This document shows positions 14,117-26,100 of a stretch of DNA of 64,000 nt, in pieces. Below the pieces are notes generated by a model. The model was not told the origin of the DNA. It saw nothing but the letters and a program-made list of their open reading frames with translations, and did no database searches. Within the stretch, counting starts at the first letter, position 1. Every line of letters begins with the position of its first letter. The DNA comes from Lama glama. Lineage: Eukaryota. The DNA lies in assembly GCA_028534125.1 (NCBI GenBank), contig CM052816.1, forward strand, positions 49,726,001 through 49,790,000. The letters run 5' to 3'. Position numbers and translations under genes: made by a program.

Positions 14117-14272
14117 ATAAATTTACAAAGAAAAATGAGAGTTACTGGTGTTATTACCCAAGGAGCCAAGAGGATTGGAAGCCCAGAATATATAAAATCC
14201 TACAAAATTGCCTATAGTAATGATGGAAAGACTTGGGCAATGTACAAAGTGAAAGGCACCAGTGAAGACGTG
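14117..14272 (+). CDS. EDIL3: EDIL3 internal coding exon (probably exon 7), discoidin domain 1, 156 nt, phase 0/0
   Basis: Acceptor ttgtctcctcag|ATA, donor GTG|gtaagg. Translates [52 protein letters not shown], matching the EDIL3 sequence I recall (VTGVITQGA discoidin motif). Confidence 0.97.
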
Positions 14273-15636
14273 GTAAGGCTGACATGATATACTTCATTTA
14301 AAAATAAACTCCCATTAATAGTCGTTGATTACTAAATGGCTACTGAGTCTTCAGCAGAAGCCTTAAGTTGTTGAAAATAAATTTATGATTTTTTTAATTG
14401 GACTAGTAGTGTGAAGAGGATAAGAAATTATCCCAAATTATAAATGTACAGTATCTACCATTTAAGACTTTCTCAAATTTTCATCAGTGGTCCTTTAAAT
14501 ACTTTATCGCAAGGTTAGCGTGGTCCTGTGTATGACAATTAAGTTTTGTTTCAACAGTAGTCAGCTTTCAATTTCATTTTACTGCTTTGGCAGATCATCA
14601 CTCTCATTAATCAAATAACTGCAGATCAGTACTATTATTTTTAAAGAAAAAATACGATTTTTAAAGAAAAATACCTTTATGGAAAAGATTTATATCTTAA
14701 TATACTTCATATTGGAAGAAAATTTTGTTATTTAACAGAAGAAAATATTTAGAAGAAATGGATCTAATATTCAGTATCTCCTTTGTCTTTCATAAGGTAG
14801 TCTCAATTTTTAAATTAATTTTACTCAACATTATTAATTTTTAAAAATACCAGGACTATAGCTTATTCCATTTAAAACTAGTCATTAGACTAGACTAATA
14901 AAAGAAAGATTTTATGAAAGATTTTAAAAATTACCTTCTTAAATTAAACCTATGTAGGTTTTCTGATTACCAGTTTATATAGAGGGTAAAATGAAAATGA
15001 GATTTAAAAGAATTAAAAATAACACATTTTAGCACTTAAGTTTTAGAGGGAAATTAGCTTTTCACTGGAGATATATATATATAAAGAATTACGAGTCTCT
15101 TATCTAGTGACCTGAAACTGACTAATAAGGAACGAATCTTGGGGAATCAGACCCTAAAATGTCATAAATCTGATCACAGCGTGAGAGAAACCCAGTGATC
15201 AGGAAGCAGTAGTGAAGACTAGTTCTAACAAAAACAAACAAAAACTATAACTACCAAGTAGCAAAATGATCAGGCAGACCCAGACCCCAAATTAAGTTGA
15301 AAGATTTAAGGTGCCCATTTCTCAAAAAAAAAAAAAAAGAAAAGAAAGAAGTATTCCCTGGCTCTGAAGGACTGGCCTTAAATTGACAAGACCATCGTAG
15401 TAGGGTGGAGATTGAGCCATAGGTCACAGTGATATTATAGCTTTAATTAGGATTTTATCTGTAGGTTTTATGTTCACAGCTGATGGCAAGGTGCATCTGA
15501 AATGCTCCAGGCCCCTAAATTATTTAATCCAGTTTTTGAAAGATTATGTTGAGTAGTATATAGAGTCACTGTATGAAAATAGGTTTCTTTAAAAAAATCT
15601 ATTGCAATTAATTTTTAAAATTTTTTATATTATTAT

Positions 15637-15638
<2 letters not shown>

Positions 15639-15676
<38 letters not shown>

Positions 15677-15751
15677 TGGAGGTACTGGGGATTGAACCCA
15701 GGATCTCATGCATGCTAAGGATGTGCTCTACCACTGAGGTATACCCACCCC
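15639..15751 (-). mobile_element. tRNA-derived SINE (camelid vic-1-like)
   Basis: Reverse complement reads ggggtgggtatacctcagtggtagagc...gggttcaatccccagtacctcca with A/B boxes and an A36 tail. Flanked by gcaattaa(aa)ttttt repeats at 15604 and 15753. Confidence 0.9.
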
Positions 15752-15793
15752 GGCAATTAAAATTTTTAAATTCTGTATTTTTTTTTTACACAG

Positions 15794-15938
15794 GTGTTCC
15801 GTGGAAATGTTGATAACAACACACCCTACGCTAACTCTTTCACACCCCCCATCAAAGCTCAGTATGTAAGACTCTATCCCCAAGTTTGTCGAAGACACTG
15901 CACTTTGAGAATGGAACTTCTTGGATGTGAGCTGTCAG
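15794..15938 (+). CDS. EDIL3: EDIL3 internal coding exon (probably exon 8), end of discoidin domain 1, 145 nt, phase 0/1
   Basis: Acceptor tttttttacacag|GTG, donor TCAG|gtgagt. Translates [48 protein letters not shown] (LRMELLGC discoidin C-terminal motif), in frame with the previous exon. Confidence 0.97.
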
Positions 15939-18867
15939 GTGAGTCTCATATTATCTATTCCTGTACCCTCTTTAAAGGGGGAAAAAAAGCGTATTTGTTG
16001 GTGGTCTGCTTTTAACTTGCAATTTTTCAACACCATAGATAATCATTACTGCTTCAGAATATCCGGGCTTGGTTCAATGAGAAAGCAAGAAAGAGAATGT
16101 GTGTGTACAGGATAAATAAGTTCTAAAACACACTACAGGATAGAATTAATATAGAAGGGGCAGTGTATTTCTTTGAATGGTTGAAGAAAGTGCGACAAAT
16201 GTTCACTCTGAAAACTTCTGTCAAATTTAAATGTGTTTCTTGATTTTAATAGTAACTATGATTTATGGTTTGTGACAGGATTTCAGTAAAAACTGGAGTC
16301 TGCCTGACCTCACAAATTGCAGTTATGTTTAGGGTTACAGTATAGAAAAGTAAGCTTTATCTTTGTCCAGCTACCGTAAGAATTTGGTTTTGTCCTTTTT
16401 GGGGGGTTGTATGAAACATGCAAACTTAACATTCCTTCCAAGGAGATGGTAGATCTCAGATTGCTACTCTAAATTCATTCTTAGATCATTCTTATCTAGT
16501 AACCTGCTTATTGTACAAACAGTGATTATGGAACACAAAGATAATCTATCCAAGGACTCAAAGTTAAATAATCCTTGTCTTCCAGGAGCATCAGGACTAG
16601 ATACAAAGGTGTAGTAGACCTTATGTGCAGATCTCACAGTGGTTCACTTTCAGTGTAGCTAGGTTCTCAACTAAGCAGACAGTCTCGTCTAGGTGTTTCA
16701 CTGTGTTATATTTTTGATGGTAGTTCTTATAGTTCTAACATCAGCATTTATCTTTGCCCCTATTGCCTGAAATTCTGTTCAGACGACTGTGTTTTTAAGA
16801 AAACAAAAAATTCACGTGTGCCCTACTTTTTAGCATCACCTCCAAGTCTGAGAGACTTTTGTCACATTTACAATAATACCATTTAGTTAAAAATAGGAGA
16901 AAACATCCCTGCAAAGAGAGAACAGAGAGCTTTATATTCATTTCAAAAGGTTGCATGTGGGTTAAAATGCATACTTCAAATCTATTCCCTTCTTAGGTTT
17001 ATTTGTGATGTCAAGAAAGGGAGTGATTTTTAAGGAAATAGAAGTTACTAGCAAAAAACAACCAAACCTTAAATGAACGCACTACATTCAGCGGAATGAA
17101 AAACATTTGGGCAGATGAGTGAATCTATTTTAAGAATCACATTTTCATATTATATATGGGTGTCTTTTAGGAAGCAATCAAACATACAGTTTTAGTACCA
17201 TTAATTATCCTAATAGGGATGTTTTCCTTATTTTGGTAATTCAGACTTATTGACTACCAGTAAATCTCAGCAGAATGATTGCTCTAGAGTGTTTATATTG
17301 TGTGTCACCATATCATCGCAGGCCAGTGTCATCCCTCAGTCATTCATCATAAAGCAATCGAGGGGAAGCCACAATATGTTGAGGTTTGCTGCAAGTCCCA
17401 TGGATTTTAGTTGCTTAATATTACCTTCCCCAGTTTTTCAGTCTTTCGATTCATGAGGGCCAGTCTCTTAGACATGACACAGTTACACCCCTAAGATAGG
17501 AATATATTTTATTTTCAAGTTTGACAAGAGGTTACAACTGACACTTTACAGATTTTTATGTTTTTAAAAAGAAGCCATACCCCACCTCCCAACCCCACCA
17601 ACTGATTTTGAATATGCATGCAGAGAATAATATCTCTTGATGAATGCTTTTAAAAGCTAGGGTACCTCACTATAGAAATAATCACTTTTGCTGGTAATGC
17701 TTCATCTTGCTCAGGTGCTGTCCATGCTGGTAAAAGAGTCAATTTAGACATACGAAGTCATACAGATAAGAAGGGGAATTCGTGATGTGAGGCAAATTGG
17801 CGAGCAAGTTCACTATAACACTTGGAAATAAACAGTAATATAATGCACCAAACTATTTCCCACAATCCAGTGCAGCACTGTAAAGCCCAAGGCTGCCTTA
17901 TTGTGTTCAATAAACTGTTACAAGATCTCTCAGCCTGCCTAGAAGATCAGCAGTAAAGCTTGTCTCAGACACTTAAAAAGAAAAACCCCTAAATTCTCTG
18001 AAAGAGATATGATTTAAGATGTTCAGAATGAAATGAATCATGACTACAATTAGTAGAGGAATAATCATTCATTCTTTCTTTAAACAAAGAATACAGCACT
18101 TTTTCTGGGCTAAGTACTAGACAACGGAGCGAGCAATGAAATGAATCTGTAACAAAGCAGGAATGGTCAAAGTAAAGGTATCCCTCTTCTATTCAGTACT
18201 TCAGATACTATGCTCTATCACAAAAAGAGAAAAACGACTACCTTTCCTTTTCCCTTGTGTCTCTTCTGCAAGCCAAGCAATTTTACAGAGACTTTGGTAG
18301 CAAGTCGGGTGGAGATGGGGGGTTGCTGGTGGGAATAGAAGAACTGGTCAGAAATCCATAATACAGACAAATCATGTTATCTTAGAACTGCTTGAAGATA
18401 AATAGCATGTTGTTAAGATCTTAGAACTTTCTAGAATCTTTGAGATCTGTCATGAAATATTTCTTTTCCAGAATTTATATTTAGGATTTAGAACTGTTTT
18501 CATCATTGGACTCAGAATACAGGTCTCCTATGATCCTACAGCCCAAAAAGACTTGAGTTAAGACATCCAATTGGCTAACCCTCTGGGTCCATTTTTGTCA
18601 TGTTTGCATAGGAGTTTGTTAGAAGGTGGGGGTGAAGACAAACATGGAGGAGCCTCAAGAAGGAACCCTGGATCTAGACTGATTAGGAAAGAAAGCAAGT
18701 AATTATAGTTAAGAATTCATTTTATCAGTGAAGAGTCTAAACCACCTCTCTTAGAGCCTAGACTTAAGATGGTCTAGTTTTAGAAACTACAACCAGTCAG
18801 AGGATATTCTTTAGTACTCTGATCTGGGGACTTAATGTTGTCATCTGTTGTAATGAGCTTTATGGAA

Positions 18868-19058
18868 ATAATAAAGATAGCTAACATTTACTGAATGCTA
18901 GCTATATACCAGCACTGTTTCTAAATACTTTATTAACTTACTTCTTAGAACACTTCTTTAAGACAATTTTTATTATTATTTCCATTTCACAGATGAGACG
19001 ACTGAGGCACTGAATGGTTAAATAATGGGTACAAGGTCACACAGCTAGTGAGTAGGGG
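18868..19058 (-). mobile_element. MIR SINE
   Basis: Core ccatttcacagatgagacgactgaggcac...aaggtcacacagctagtgagt. Confidence 0.85.
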
Positions 19059-20129
19059 ACCAAGAGAGTGTGAGGTGACATTGATTAGAGAAGTCTCCTC
19101 TTTTATCCTAACTTTCTTGATGCACAAACTTACCCTGTGTGTTCCTTGGCCAAAATGTAAAATTTTACATATAGAAGGCTCAATCACTGGTTAATATGGT
19201 AGTAGAATCATGCTGCCTGTTACAAGCTTTGTGCATATAATTTTGTCACAGTTGCAATTCAACATTGGGAAATACTGTGTATATATACACACTCACACAT
19301 GAGATTTTTCAAGGACAAGGACAAACAAACCTAAATTTTGTACTATGTCAAACCTGGATTTGAGAATCCTCAAAAAATATCCAATACTAGAGGTTATTGA
19401 GAATGATTGAAACATAAACATTTATAAAAAGGCTTGTCCACTAATGGTTTTTGCTAGAATTAGCTTTCTTAAAATCTCATCTACTAGTTTAAATTCTACA
19501 CTTGTACAATGCTGGGCACATGATATACATGGAATAAATATGAGCTTCCTACCTTCCAGAAGAAGCTGTGGTGATACTGTAAGAATCAAAGATAATGATG
19601 AACAGATTTCTTAGAAAACAAAATGCTGTCCAGTTAAGAATATACCATTGGAGCATTTTGTGAAAATGACTTTGTACTGAGGGAATTTTCATTTGCAGTA
19701 TTATAGAAACAAATAAAAGACAACCAAATATACTTTGCGAGAAGAATGTTCCAGTTTTAAAGACACAATGAAACCACTGAAAACCAGGAAACAGTCATGA
19801 GGCTATCAGTAATGAGACAGGAGAGAGCATTTCAGCATTGTTTTCATTTTGCAAAATCATCTATCACAGAAAAGTAGTTTGAATGGTCCGTCTTGTTTTC
19901 AATTTTTCCAAAATATATTCAGACAAAATAGCTTGAATTGGCTATCTTGTCTTTCGATTTTGTTGCAGATTTATTTCTGATTATAGCCTTTTTTTGAATT
20001 TAGATGCTCTCTCTTTTGGGGAATGAATAGCATTATGCTTAATCTTCTCTTGCCTGTCCAAAATGAATGCAGAAACCTTCCACGGTGATAAATTATTTTT
20101 CTCATAGAGCCCTTCTTGTTTTCTCCCAG

Positions 20130-20314
20130 GCTGTTCTGAGCCTCTGGGGATGAAATCAGGACATATACAAGACTATCAGATCACTGCCTCCAGCATCTTC
20201 AGAACTCTCAATATGGACATGTTCACTTGGGAACCGAGGAAAGCTCGGCTGGACAAGCAGGGCAAAGTGAATGCCTGGACCTCCGGCCACAATGACCAGT
20301 CACAATGGTTACAG
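20130..20314 (+). CDS. EDIL3: EDIL3 internal coding exon (probably exon 9), start of discoidin domain 2, 185 nt, phase 1/0
   Basis: Acceptor cttcttgttttctcccag|GC, donor CAG|gtaata. Translates (G)[61 protein letters not shown]; the split codon G+GC joins in frame. Confidence 0.97.
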
Positions 20315-21789
20315 GTAATATTTTCCAAAAATATATCAGTACCCACTGCTCCCCATCCTTAGAGGATTTCCTGTTTTTAGGTGAATGTTGGAATCATTAC
20401 CTTCATACTGATTTAAAGGTGCCTTCTTCTTTGGCTTAACTAAATTGGTAAAACAAAAATTCCTTAGGAATCCATGTCCTCGTGTTATATTTGCTCTGGT
20501 GTTGATTTATGGATGTTCCTGTCAGATTGATGTAGCAGAGTGTACCAGACCACACTATGTATAGGTCAATTTGATTGATTATGAGAACATTTGCATTTTA
20601 ACTCTCATCTTTTCTAATGCTTTGTGTCAGTCTTGGTTTGAAAGCATCACAGCAGGAATCCATACCGCCTTGAAATCATGCCACTGACCTGCAGCTTGTT
20701 CCCGTAGAATCATGACTCATGACTTATTAGCTCTTTACTGGTGGTTGGTAAGCAACTGAGCAATTTGATTACATTTTCATAAGAGGGCTTTATAGAAGGA
20801 AAGCATACACACTGCAGAGTGTGTTTATCATTTGCACGTGAGGTTAGGTTACAGTCAGTGCTTTTTAAGTCTTCTTAAAATGCACTTATGTGTGGAGTAT
20901 TTATAAGTATGCACAAATTTGTTAATGTCTTCTGTGGCTAAGAAAAGTAAGACGGCTTATTTCCATAATGAGGTCTTTTTTTTTTTTTGGAAAGCTATGA
21001 GTTCTCCTCTTACTGATTTTTAGGCTGCGTTTAAGAGTTTCAAAGATGTGGTAATTCATAGTATTTCTGGAAATCATGAAAATAATTAAAATCACAAATG
21101 TCGCCCTATATCAAACCAGACTTGCCACACATGAAACTGTTCTTTCCAAGTGACCTGAAATTTCCAGTGGTCTCTTCTCAGTCTTTGCTTTCTTGGCCTT
21201 CATGTTCCCTAGTCTTATAGAAATAATCACTTTTTTCTTTACTTTCCCCTAACATTCTATCTGGAGCCTTACTGAGCTGAAGTTATATTAAGTTCTTTCG
21301 TTACCAGGCATTATAGATAATTACGTATGTCTTTCTCCTTTTCCTTTTCTATGAGCTTTGTGAGGATAGGCCATATATATGGAACACAAGATAGATTTGT
21401 CATCCCAGAACCCAGCCTCATGTCCTTGTCTTACAATGTAGCAGAGCTACTGAGTTAAATCATTCGTTTGACAAATGTTGTGATGCATGTAGGAAGCATC
21501 ACATACTATGAAAAATAGTGATGGTGCCTGAGTGAGCAACACACCATCATGCTCCTAAGACATTACCTCTGTCATAGACCATTCCATTTATTTGGTGTGC
21601 ATGGCATCATGCTTTGTCTCCCTTCATCCTTCTAGCTGCTGTGTCCCCTTGTCCTCCAGGCCACCCTTCCCCTGCCTGTGACCTTCCTGACAACCTCACT
21701 TTCACCAACTCCACACACTCACACTAACTCATCTAGCAAGTACTGGTAATTTCGACAACTGAAGAAAGGATTCAGTGACTTAAAAATCC

Positions 21790-22498
21790 TTTTCCCTTCT
21801 CACCACCCACTCTGCCACTTCCAAGATCTACCACCCTCTTTCACCTGGGTTTTTGCAGAAGCCTTCCAACCAGGCTTCTGGTTTCTGGCCTTACTCTGTA
21901 AAAACCTATTTCCCAAATTGTAACCAGTGTGATTTTTTTTTTCTAAAATGTAAATGTGATTCTTTTGCTCCTTTTTTAAAAAGCTCTTCAACTGTTCCCT
22001 ATCAGCCTCAGAATAAAGTGCCGATTCCTTAATGTAGCCTAAAAGTCTTTGCATGCTTGGCTGCATTTCAACTCTTACCACACTTCTGAATCTGCTTCAG
22101 TTGTTCCTTTATAAATGTCCTCTTCCTAGAGGAAACGATTGGAAAGACCCCTGCCCACAGCATCCCCAGCCTTCTGTTGGTTAAATCCCTCAAGTATAGT
22201 TTAGATGTACTTTCCTCTGGGAAGGCTTTGCTGCCACCTCCATCCCACAGCAAATCTGGCCTGAGTTGTCCCCTGGATATTACCGTGTCGTCTGTAATTC
22301 TCTCACTGTCGTATTATCATGCTGTACTGGAAATGGTGTTTTCACACTAGATTATTTGCTCCAGAAGGGATGGAACCACATCTTTATTTTGTTTACTTTC
22401 TCAACCTCTTGTCTCATACCTAACTAAATACCTGTCACCACACCTGACATATGGTAGGCATTCAGTAAATACCGTTGAATGAAAGAATGAATGAATGG
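21790..22498 (+). mobile_element. LINE-2 3' fragment
   Basis: Ends cctgacatatggtaggcattcagtaaataccgttgaatgaaagaatgaatgaatg, the L2 3' terminus. Confidence 0.85.
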
Positions 22499-22565
22499 AT
22501 TTCAGTATTATTCAAGTTAGTGATTTGGGCCTATACTGCCTATAATTTTGATCCCCAATTTAAGA

Positions 22566-23065
22566 NNNNNNNNNNNNNNNNNNNNNNNNNNNNNNNNNNN
22601 NNNNNNNNNNNNNNNNNNNNNNNNNNNNNNNNNNNNNNNNNNNNNNNNNNNNNNNNNNNNNNNNNNNNNNNNNNNNNNNNNNNNNNNNNNNNNNNNNNNN
22701 NNNNNNNNNNNNNNNNNNNNNNNNNNNNNNNNNNNNNNNNNNNNNNNNNNNNNNNNNNNNNNNNNNNNNNNNNNNNNNNNNNNNNNNNNNNNNNNNNNNN
22801 NNNNNNNNNNNNNNNNNNNNNNNNNNNNNNNNNNNNNNNNNNNNNNNNNNNNNNNNNNNNNNNNNNNNNNNNNNNNNNNNNNNNNNNNNNNNNNNNNNNN
22901 NNNNNNNNNNNNNNNNNNNNNNNNNNNNNNNNNNNNNNNNNNNNNNNNNNNNNNNNNNNNNNNNNNNNNNNNNNNNNNNNNNNNNNNNNNNNNNNNNNNN
23001 NNNNNNNNNNNNNNNNNNNNNNNNNNNNNNNNNNNNNNNNNNNNNNNNNNNNNNNNNNNNNNNNN
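22566..23065. other. Assembly gap (500 N)
   Basis: Run of 500 N. Confidence 1.
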
Positions 23066-23158
23066 TTTTCTCCCATTCCGTAGGTTTTCTTGTTTTACTT
23101 CTGGTTTCCTTTGCTGTGCAGAAGCTTGTAAGTTTCATTAGGTCCCATTTGTTTATTC
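23066..23158 (-). mobile_element. Young LINE-1 ORF2 fragment running into the gap
   Basis: Minus-strand translation INKWDLMKLTSFCTAKET..TRKPTEWEK matches L1 ORF2 (KWDLIKLKSFCTAKET...QPTEWEK). Confidence 0.92.
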
Positions 23159-26100
23159 TCAAATTTTAAAATAGTAATTGAAAAAGAAACCTAAAATTTT
23201 TTATTAAGATGTGGCCTTACTAGTAAAGGAACTGATTTTTATAATACATAGCCTTTATGAACTTTTCAAGTTCTTAATTTGAAGACACCGTGGAAAATAA
23301 CCCTTCCATTTGTTAGACTTCAATGGTGAAGTTAAACTTGTTCTTTGCCTCTGTGTAATATTTTTAAAATTGGAAACATTCCAGTCATATCTCATATTAG
23401 CTGGGTATGGCTAATATTATTTGTGAGTCATAATGCCATGTGGAATAAGACAAAATATTTTACACACCATAAGTAATTCAGACAGGCTGGTAGACTCTCG
23501 AAATATCCACATAAAGGTGTTGCCAATGGCAAATTTCTTTAGAAAGACAAAAATAAAACAACTGTTTTTACACAAATCAGAGTGTAATGTTCAATGCAAA
23601 CCTCTATCCATCACTTTTTTAAGATGGCTTTTCATCTGTCCTCTTAAAGTCACCTGCATGCTGAAATTGATTCATTCTGTGGGTGACAGATTTTCTGTCA
23701 ATCCAAGGACCGGTTCTTCCAGTATATGTCTATATTTTGTTGTATCAGAACATATTCAGAATCTCCAAGCTAAGGTAAATTGACGTCTTATTTTTATTTT
23801 CCCTTTTTTGATACCATTCAAGAAAGTGCTCCAAAATTGTGACTATTTTTAGTGTCTTCTCCTCAAGAGAATATAATCTGTTCAACTAGACATTGTTATA
23901 CTCGTTAGTATCTTTGTTGACAAGAAGCTTAATATTTTTATAGATAGTGTATAGAGTGACTCTGTTTTTGAATTGTTGATATAGAATCAATTTTTATCCT
24001 TTTCTGGAGGCTTCTGATTTTATAATTTTGGCTGTGTTCTTAACTAAGATGCATCACTTCTGAGAAATAGCTCTTCAGAAGAGAAACTGTGTTGGTCATT
24101 TAAATTCTCTTCCTTCATTATCAGTCTCCTGCTAATTGTTTTTTGAGAAATTTCTTTCATATGCAAACTATTTATGTAACTCCCTAATAATAAGTTTTAT
24201 TTCAGTTTGGTAGGTTTTTCCAAAACTTGATCAGATAATACCTGGAAATACAGTTGTTGTAAATGAAACCCCCCAAAACACCCTTTACCCAGTTGTGGTA
24301 TATTTTAAGGAATTCATATACATTCATTTAGGGAATTCTTAAGTATTCAAATATCAATTTAACATTTTATTCTTATTATGGGTCTAATGTTTCTTCCAGT
24401 CTCTTCTCTAAGGTCAAAATCTCAGAAGTTTCTCAAGCAAAACTTCTTGTGTTTTTCTTTTAGAAGTGATCTTACCTAACTGATTAGCTTCCTTGAACTA
24501 CTATTAATCATAAAAGCATGATGCTATTCCTTTATGAATATGTGTGAAGTCCACAGGTGGTCCAAAGTGAGAAGCATATCTCAGACCTATGAACAAACAT
24601 TGTCCCATCACTTGAAATGTTTGATGGTCTCTGAAACTTTGAGCATATTGTTCTACCAGTGTGTTTTCCAAAAGCCTGCAAAGGTTAAACTGCATTTTCT
24701 CTCTTTCAAAAAGTCTTACCTACATCTCCGTTGAGGGGTCATAAGCCGATCGTTCCAGACTCACAGTTGGACGTTTAACACATGATTGGCTTGGATTTTA
24801 ATCCTTAAAATAAAATAAAGTGACATTTAATTTACAGAGATCTTTTAGAATCAGACTGTTACCTCCTGTGCTTAGTTTCTAAAGAAAAACACAGAAATAT
24901 TGTTGGGTTTTAAGGTAGATTAAATGAAACAAATGACAAAACAGAGACAATGCATAGTAGGTACCCATCAACAAGTAGCTCCCTTTCTCTTTCTGGTGGC
25001 TTCTGAAGCCTCAGGAGCTCGTAATCTGACACCGCCTATTATAACCAAGAATGGAGATATGCATCTGTTCTTAGCTTCTTCCAAAAGAGAATTTCCAATG
25101 AAACTGTGAAATGTAAAGTAACATATTATTAGATCAGTTGCAAATTGTGAGTAATGTTGATAAATTACATAAATTTGCATTGGCAAATGAAAATTTTTAA
25201 ATATTTTAACCTAAGCAGCATCAGTTATTTTTCATATTCTTTACCTGAGAGTAGTAATACTATTATTAATAACTTAAAATGAACATTACATCATTTGGCA
25301 ATGTTCTCTACTGAAATCGTATTCTTTTTTGAATAGTTTTGTGCTCTAAATATTCTCTTTCAGTGGCTTTTCAGCAGATTGGATAAATCCTCTTTTTGTT
25401 TATTTTCAGATTATACAAACTGATTAAAATTCAGCATAAAGTTGAGATGTTTAGTGACATTCTGTCAGGAGTAGGAGCATTATTGATAATAATTTTATAA
25501 ATTGTGAAGAAATATTTTGCTATATTAGATGCATCTAAACAACAAGCACTCTACAAGTTAATTTGGATTGATTAAAACCTTTTTAAAATAAGACATCCTA
25601 GATTCTCTTACGGTAAATACAGTGTTTATATATTCATTGTCCAACTGGTGATGACTATAGAAAATGGATAATTCATCTTCTGTAATTGAATCTACCGAAT
25701 TTTTTTTGGATTTCATGAAGTATAGCATACTATAAATGACTAACAGGAAGGAAAATTTCACATTGTCACCTAGGAAATGACTTTTTGGTCTATTTCATGA
25801 GACATTTGCTAATTTAAGATAGTCTGTATAGTATTTCAACCAAATTAGTAGAATTAATAGAATTGTTAGCCTGCGCATTTTAATGCTGACCTTTGTCAGA
25901 ATTGCAGCTAACCCTCCACAGCTTCATTTCAATACCAATTTTGTGGAAATATGTAAAAAAGCAATTGAATTTAGGTTTTCAAATTAAATAAGCCTTATTT
26001 AATTTAGTCCATTTCAGATTTTTGAAAGGAAGTATTCTAGCCATAAAATTTGTAACTTCTTTAAAGCCAATAACTTCCCTTGCCTTCTGGACAGTTTATT

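Noticed and set aside
14637..14674. About 20-bp imperfect tandem duplication atttttaaagaaaaa(a)tac
   Set aside because: Ordinary slippage event in AT-rich intron sequence.
20315..20362. ORF read-through past exon donors (also 14273-14287 and 15939-16015)
   Set aside because: Short chance extensions after canonical GT donors; no evidence for alternative terminal exons.
20713..20719. AP-1 heptamer TGACTCA (several others in the window)
   Set aside because: The number seen is close to chance expectation for a 7-mer on both strands.
22475..23162. Long ORFs (178-202 aa) in the ORF track
   Set aside because: Artefacts of the N-run; only the short L1 ORF2 piece is real.
25981..26005. Inverted repeat AAATTAAATAAG-C-CTTATTTAATTT
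   Set aside because: Very AT-rich and low complexity; no associated feature.
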